A program made the position numbers and the translations under genes. Below, piece by piece: positions 59,131 through 64,000 of a DNA stretch of 64,000 nt (positions are counted from its first letter, which is position 1; the number at the start of each line of letters is the position of its first letter). This stretch comes from Candidatus Latescibacterota bacterium (GTDB lineage Bacteria > Latescibacterota > UBA2968 > GCA-2709665). The stretch spans positions 2,048,001 to 2,112,000 of the forward strand of contig OZ252100.1 of the NCBI GenBank assembly GCA_965248435.1, read 5' to 3'. The notes beneath the pieces are model-generated. The model was given only the letters and a program-made list of their open reading frames with translations, made no database searches and was not told the DNA's origin.

Positions 59131-59225
59131 CCTCCAAAAAGGGCTTGTCGCCCGGCTCTAAGCAAGACAGGAATGGTTGATGGGCCAATGATTCCGCTTC
59201 GGTTCCACGGAAAGGGTCGCCTATC

Positions 59226-59282
59226 CGCTAAATTTCTAGCGATTTAACGCTAATAAAATAGCGTATAAATTTCGGGTGTCAA
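59226..59282 (-). promoter_or_regulatory. Promoter with two palindromic operators
   Basis: CGCTA-N6-TAGCG at 59226-59241 and 59248-59263; TTGACA-N16-TATTTT on the minus strand overlaps the second. Confidence 0.7.
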
Positions 59283-59363
59283 GCAAAAAGTTCAAAACTA
59301 CATTTTGCCCGGATCGCCCTCAACAGTATGAAGTGGTGGCGCAGGCTTCCCGGACCTATCATT

Positions 59364-60677
59364 TCAAGGATGGAGCCTGTTAGGAGTACGTGGCAGGAAC
59401 GTGGTCTCCCGTATGTTGGGACGATCGAGCAAGACCATGAGGAGGCGGGAGAGACCCAAACCGAAGCCGCCGTGAGGAGGGCACCCGCACTTGAAAAAGT
59501 CTAGGTAGAACTGGATGGAGTCGAGGCTCATGCCAGTTTCTCGGGCCTGAACTACTAACCGCTCCAAGCGGTGTTCTCGCTGGGCGCCTGTGGTGATCTC
59601 AAGACCCTTCCAGAGAAGATCGTAGCTTTTCGTGATGTGCGATGCTTCCTCGTATCGCATGTGGTAGAAGGGACGTACCGATACTGGATAGTCGGTCACA
59701 AATACAAACTCATGGCCGAACCTGCCGTGCACGTGCTCCCCTAATAGCCTTTCTCCTTGAGGATCTAGCTCACCCGAGTAGGGCACCTCGTAGCCTTCCT
59801 GTTCAAGATAGCCGATGGCCTCACTCAAGGTGACCCGCGGAAAGGGAACAGAAGGGACAATCATCTCCAAACCAAAGAGATTAGCGATTTCATGCCCATG
59901 TTTCTCGCTAACAGTCTGAAGCGCATACGACAGCCACCTTTCCTCGAAGGCCATCACATCCTCGTGAGACTCGATCCAGCCGATTTCCACGTCCACGCTT
60001 GTGAACTCGGTGGTGTGCCGCGAAGTGAATGATGGGTCTGCCCGAAAGACGGGTGCGACTTCGAAAACCCGATCCAGGCCCCCAGCAATGGCCATCTGCT
60101 TGTAGAACTGCGGCGACTGAGCCAGGTATGCCCGTTTCTTAAAATACTCAAGTCCGAAAAGCTCGGAACCTGACTCACTAGGGCTACCCATCAGCTTGGG
60201 GGTATGGATCTCGATGAAACCCTCCCTGATCCAGAAGTCCCGCATCGCTTGTTCAAGTGTGGTCTGCACTCGGAACAGAAGATGGTTCTCCGGACGCCGC
60301 AGATCGAGGTAGCGCCAGTCGAGCCTTAGATCCTGACCAGGGAGTGGTGTGGCAAAAGGATCTATCGGTAGAGGAGACACCGCCAGGTTCTCTATCTGAA
60401 GACCGGTCAGGCAAAGTTCGATTCCTCCAAGCTTCACCTGCGGGTTTTCTACCAACTCTCCTGTCACAATCACGGCGGACTCGCGAGTGAGGTCAGACGC
60501 ATGTTCTGCTAGAGAGGGATTTCCCTCCTTTTCTATCACAGCCTGTGCACAACCTGTGTGGTCTCGCAAGATGAGAAAGATCATGTGCTTCTGGTCACGG
60601 ATGGTCTGAACCCACCCCTGCACTGTAACGGTATGACCAGCCTTACTAGGCAGCTCAGAGATTAAAGTGCGTTCCAC
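59364..60677 (-). CDS. aspS: Aspartate--tRNA(Asp/Asn) ligase, short non-discriminating type
   Basis: OB fold (GWV..IRD), LAQSPQFYKQM, FRAD, EITTGAQR, PPHGGFGLG; 437 aa, lacks the GAD insertion. Confidence 0.9.
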   Translation of the reverse strand: MERTLISELPSKAGHTVTVQGWVQTIRDQKHMIFLILRDHTGCAQAVIEKEGNPSLAEHASDLTRESAVIVTGELVENPQVKLGGIELCLTGLQIENLAVSPLPIDPFATPLPGQDLRLDWRYLDLRRPENHLLFRVQTTLEQAMRDFWIREGFIEIHTPKLMGSPSESGSELFGLEYFKKRAYLAQSPQFYKQMAIAGGLDRVFEVAPVFRADPSFTSRHTTEFTSVDVEIGWIESHEDVMAFEERWLSYALQTVSEKHGHEIANLFGLEMIVPSVPFPRVTLSEAIGYLEQEGYEVPYSGELDPQGERLLGEHVHGRFGHEFVFVTDYPVSVRPFYHMRYEEASHITKSYDLLWKGLEITTGAQREHRLERLVVQARETGMSLDSIQFYLDFFKCGCPPHGGFGLGLSRLLMVLLDRPNIRETTFLPRTPNRLHP

Positions 60678-60699
60678 AGTAGTATCCTCCTATCTGAGA

Positions 60700-60740
60700 G
60701 AAAAAAGAAAAAGCCCGTCGCAATGCATCAACGACGGGCT
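60700..60740 (-). terminator. Attenuator terminator proximal to aspS
   Basis: AGCCCGTCG-N11-CGACGGGCT followed by TTTTCTTTTTT. Confidence 0.85.
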
Positions 60741-60761
60741 CTGAAATTGAACGCGGGGTTA

Positions 60762-60851
60762 TTAACTGCCAAACCACGGTCCTGCCCGCCGTTGGATGGG
60801 ATTATTATCGTCGTTCGGATTGGGATTCAGATTCAGGTAGACTTTGGTCAC
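60762..60851 (-). CDS. Asn/Asp-rich leader peptide (proximal)
   Basis: GTG start, MTKVYLNLNPNPNDDNNPIQRRAGPWFGS*, RBS AAGGAG; an in-frame ATG at 60902 is an alternative start. Confidence 0.75.
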   Translation of the reverse strand: MTKVYLNLNPNPNDDNNPIQRRAGPWFGS

Positions 60852-60934
60852 GATCGGCTCCTTCACGATAAGTTGAGAAGCAATTGAATGGATCCTGATC
60901 ATTTCAGTTGATCTCCTTAGGGGGCAATGTTCTG

Positions 60935-60975
60935 AAAAAGAAAAAACCCGCTGTTGATTGGCTCAACGGCGGGTT
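60935..60975 (-). terminator. Attenuator terminator (distal)
   Basis: AACCCGCCGTTGA-GCCAA-TCAACAGCGGGTT followed by a U-tract. Confidence 0.85.
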
Positions 60976-60999
60976 ATTGTTTGCGTGTAGGTTATCTGC

Positions 61000-61080
61000 T
61001 CAGGGCAATACAAGATCCCGCCATTGGATGCCATAATTATTGGGGTTGGAATCAGGATTGAATCCCTTGGCTCCGTTCAT
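61000..61080 (-). CDS. Asn-rich leader peptide (distal)
   Basis: MNGAKGFNPDSNPNNYGIQWRDLVLP*. Confidence 0.7.
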   Translation of the reverse strand: MNGAKGFNPDSNPNNYGIQWRDLVLP

Positions 61081-61331
61081 CAATGCTATCGAAGACAAAC
61101 GGGGTTTACGGCGAGTTATCATCAGTCAGAATCTCCTTTGGATTGATCGGTTACGGTATACGTACAATAATCGACAAAAATTGTGTAGAGTCAAGATTTT
61201 TCTCAGGACGGGTAGGATTTCGGAGCCTCGGCGTTATATTGGGCCCGGTCTTACGCATTATAGTGCAAGTGCACTGAAAGGAAACGCCCGTGATCGATGA
61301 TCGCCAGCTTGTCGAAGCGAGGTGTTTCTGC

Positions 61332-62198
61332 TTACGAGGTGGTTCTCTGCTTGCGTTGTTGCATCCTAGAATACGACCAGTGACTGAATGTACCTACAAA
61401 CTCGAAGCCGAGATGGGGATACAGATACTTCCCTTGGCCGGAAGCGAATAGTGTCGCAATGTGATAGCCCAATTCATAAGCGAAAGAACATGCGGCAAAG
61501 GTCACAGCGGTTCCTATACCTTGGCGTCGTGCCCTCTTTACGACCCCGACCCCGTACAAACCAGCAACCCCGCCACCGATACACAGCGTAGCGACCCCCA
61601 ATGGCTCGCCTCCCATAGAGGCAACAAAATGCCAAATCCGTCGGGGCTTTTGAGCTGCCATCATTTTAAAACTTTGAAGGCGAGCCCTCCGAAGAGGCGT
61701 CGATATTCGACCTATATCCGGATGTTCATAGTGCTCAAAGATTTCAAATTCGTTCTGGACACCAACCTTGAGCTTCTTTGGGAGGTTGTGGTCCATTGCA
61801 AGACGACTCAAGTCACAAATCATCGGCGATGAACGCGAGTAACAATGGAGCCCATAACTTCTCAAACAATCCTCTATATTGTGGGGCCGCGTACTCGGAC
61901 CTAACATGATATTCAGGAACTGCTCCGCCTCAGCATAGCATCTGAGTATTTCATCGAGGCGCTGTTCCGCTGTCTCACGCTTGAATCGAGGCGATACAAT
62001 CTGGTTGGCTCCTCCTGGTTGTGTCGATAATACCCAGGTAGTATCAGATTCTTTATGAACTTGCCCACCTACAGACCGCGCAGTATGGATGGCGAATTGT
62101 TCGCAGTTCACTTCAGTCGCCCTCGCCAGTTTTTGGGGCGATATATCAACTAAGGGCTTAGGTAGCCGGAATCTGCTTCTTGCGGTCTGGGTAGACAT
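61332..62198 (-). CDS. GNAT acetyltransferase
   Basis: AGLYGVGV, ARRQGIG, LYPHLGF. Confidence 0.85.
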   Translation of the reverse strand: MSTQTARSRFRLPKPLVDISPQKLARATEVNCEQFAIHTARSVGGQVHKESDTTWVLSTQPGGANQIVSPRFKRETAEQRLDEILRCYAEAEQFLNIMLGPSTRPHNIEDCLRSYGLHCYSRSSPMICDLSRLAMDHNLPKKLKVGVQNEFEIFEHYEHPDIGRISTPLRRARLQSFKMMAAQKPRRIWHFVASMGGEPLGVATLCIGGGVAGLYGVGVVKRARRQGIGTAVTFAACSFAYELGYHIATLFASGQGKYLYPHLGFEFVGTFSHWSYSRMQQRKQRTTS

Positions 62199-62222
62199 TA
62201 CTTCTCATTCGATAATGACGCC

Positions 62223-62256
62223 TAACGGGCTTCGGCCCAACCTGCTGTCGCAGGTT
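62223..62256. repeat. Possible isolated remnant of the cassette repeat
   Basis: TAAC GGGCTTCGGCCC AACCTGC TGTC GCAGGTT just upstream of a GNAT gene. Confidence 0.45.
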
Positions 62257-62313
62257 CTCTTACATAATATCACCGGCATCTAGAACTTGCCTGTCCAATT
62301 GTCCCATCTATCG

Positions 62314-63759
62314 CTAAGAATTCACTGCAAGTTCCTCAAGCAGCTTGGCTGTTTCCTTCTGGCCAAAGTATAACGCCCAACCCTTCGGGGTGCTATCATG
62401 GGAACCGTCCTTGAGGGTCAAGTCCGCGTCGCATTCCACCAAGAACTTTACGATTTCGTCATGACCGTTTACTGTGGCAATATGAAGAGGCGTGCCGCCG
62501 GCATACATGTCCTTGTCGTGAGGACGTGCTTGGATGAGTGACGGGTCAGATTTGATAAACAGCTTGACCGCTTGGAGGTCGCCAATAAGAGTAGCTGTGA
62601 AAATGTCGTCAACAACCGCGCCATTCCCCAAAAGTAGATCTACCATCGCACGATCCCCTGCTTTCCAAAAGAGGGGTGTGCGTTTGTGAAACTCATCGCG
62701 AGCGTTGACGTCTGCACCTCGCTCGATGAGAAGCTTCGCTATCTCAGTCGTTTTAGCGTAGTGAAGTGGCCGAGCACCTTCAGGGCCTTTCGTATTAACA
62801 GCATTGGGGTCAGCGTCTAGGAAAGCCTTTACCCGATCAAAGTCGCCCATTTGTGCTGCAGCACAGATGTCTATCTCCGCACCCTTCTCGATGAGGTAGT
62901 CGATCAGTTCGGAGTTTCCCGCTATGATCGCCAGCGATAACGGCGTGAGACCTGCGCTACCCTTGACGTTTACATCTGCCCCGCTTTCGACGAGCTTCTT
63001 GACCACCTCCACGTGACCCTTCCCGCAAGCGACGTGTAGCGCCTGGAAATCCTCATGGTACCACTCAGGCACCGGTCCCTCGGCGGTCGCAAGAGACGGA
63101 TCTCTTGCCAAAAGCGAAGTTACTTTTCCGACGTCCCCTTTGTCTGCTGCAGAGATAATATCCATTACGCGATCCGCGAAAGCCTCGTCTCGGGAAGGTC
63201 TACGTTCGTGAAGCGATTCTTTGACCATTCTAATCATCCTTTGTTTCAATCGTTTTCGTCCCACATGAAGCCGGTTCTTTACACTGCTCAATGGAATGTC
63301 TAGGAACGATGCGATGCTTTTCTGCGGGATCTCAGAGATGTAAAAGAGAGTAATGACTTCTCGCTCTTGCACAGGGAGATTGCCGATCTCCATTCGGATC
63401 CTGCTATGGACTTCCTGCCGGATTAACCTCTGTTCGGGATCGAGATTGTTAGCGGCTACAGCATCCGTCTCAGCAAGAGGAACGATATTGAACCGTTTCC
63501 TTCGAGTAATACGGTCGCATTGCTTCAATGTTATCCGCTTAAGCCATCCGGGAAAAGCAGCCGGTTCTCGAAGTGCTGAGAGGTCCAAATAGGCTGCTAA
63601 GAAGGCCTCCTGCGCCGCATCTTCAGCAAGGTGCAAGTCGCCTAGGACCGTGATAGCGTAGCCTACTACAAGGTCTTGGAACTGACGAACCAAGGACTCG
63701 AAGGCCTTGCTGTCACCAGCCTGAGCACGCAGCACAGTTCTACTTATCGATTCTTGCAT
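62314..63759 (-). CDS. ECF sigma factor fused to C-terminal ankyrin repeats
   Basis: AEDAAQEAF, FPGWL, SVKNRL, then TPLH/GADVN ankyrin repeats. Confidence 0.9.
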   Translation of the reverse strand: MQESISRTVLRAQAGDSKAFESLVRQFQDLVVGYAITVLGDLHLAEDAAQEAFLAAYLDLSALREPAAFPGWLKRITLKQCDRITRRKRFNIVPLAETDAVAANNLDPEQRLIRQEVHSRIRMEIGNLPVQEREVITLFYISEIPQKSIASFLDIPLSSVKNRLHVGRKRLKQRMIRMVKESLHERRPSRDEAFADRVMDIISAADKGDVGKVTSLLARDPSLATAEGPVPEWYHEDFQALHVACGKGHVEVVKKLVESGADVNVKGSAGLTPLSLAIIAGNSELIDYLIEKGAEIDICAAAQMGDFDRVKAFLDADPNAVNTKGPEGARPLHYAKTTEIAKLLIERGADVNARDEFHKRTPLFWKAGDRAMVDLLLGNGAVVDDIFTATLIGDLQAVKLFIKSDPSLIQARPHDKDMYAGGTPLHIATVNGHDEIVKFLVECDADLTLKDGSHDSTPKGWALYFGQKETAKLLEELAVNS

Positions 63760-64000
63760 TGGTTATATCTAGAAATCCTTACAAAAGGCGCCTTCACGAA
63801 TATAGCCCCACTTAGAAGCGAAAAGGTTTGCAGAAATGTGCTAATTGAAGATCGAAATTCCTAATCCATAGAGCGAGGCGTTCAGAAGAAGATGGAGGAT
63901 AAATGACATAACAGAACCCCTACTGTCTGGCAAAACAGAAGGGGCAGAGGGGAGATCTGAGTCAATCACGCTTTATTTCGTCGTTTCGCCCCGCAATCTC

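Noticed and set aside
60700-61100. T-box riboswitch upstream of aspS
   Set aside because: No T-box consensus (GGTGGNACC) was found. Leader ORFs with Asn/Asp runs explain the structure.
41-63864. Numerous short plus-strand and alternate-frame ORFs
   Set aside because: They are shadows of well-supported genes and have no recognisable motifs.

Overview
A bacterial window dominated by about 65 short accessory genes, nearly all on the minus strand (GNATs, SAM methyltransferases, HIT, NUDIX, VOC, HAD, aminoglycoside-modifying-like enzymes). Between ~6.4 and 40.8 kb these genes are separated by ~21 intact and ~8 decayed copies of an 80-135 bp branched hairpin repeat (TAAC...GTTA). The repeat resembles an integron attC site but has non-canonical geometry. 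Many gene units also carry their own 16-22 bp terminal inverted repeat starting at the GTT/AAC cores, so this looks like an integron-like cassette array. No classical IntI is present. Instead, a tyrosine recombinase plus IS91-type HUH transposase element with the same GTT/AAC-ended inverted repeats sits inside the array. An IS110 element is inserted exactly at one core site, and its non-coding end carries readable bridge-RNA guides matching that core and its own donor junction. The window also holds an IS30 element, two ECF sigma loci, a BlaI/BlaR1-like pair, and a non-discriminating-type aspS preceded by two tandem Asn/Asp-rich leader-peptide attenuators. A third homologous attenuator heads the long accessory gene run. 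All product calls come from motif recognition by eye; no database searches were run.
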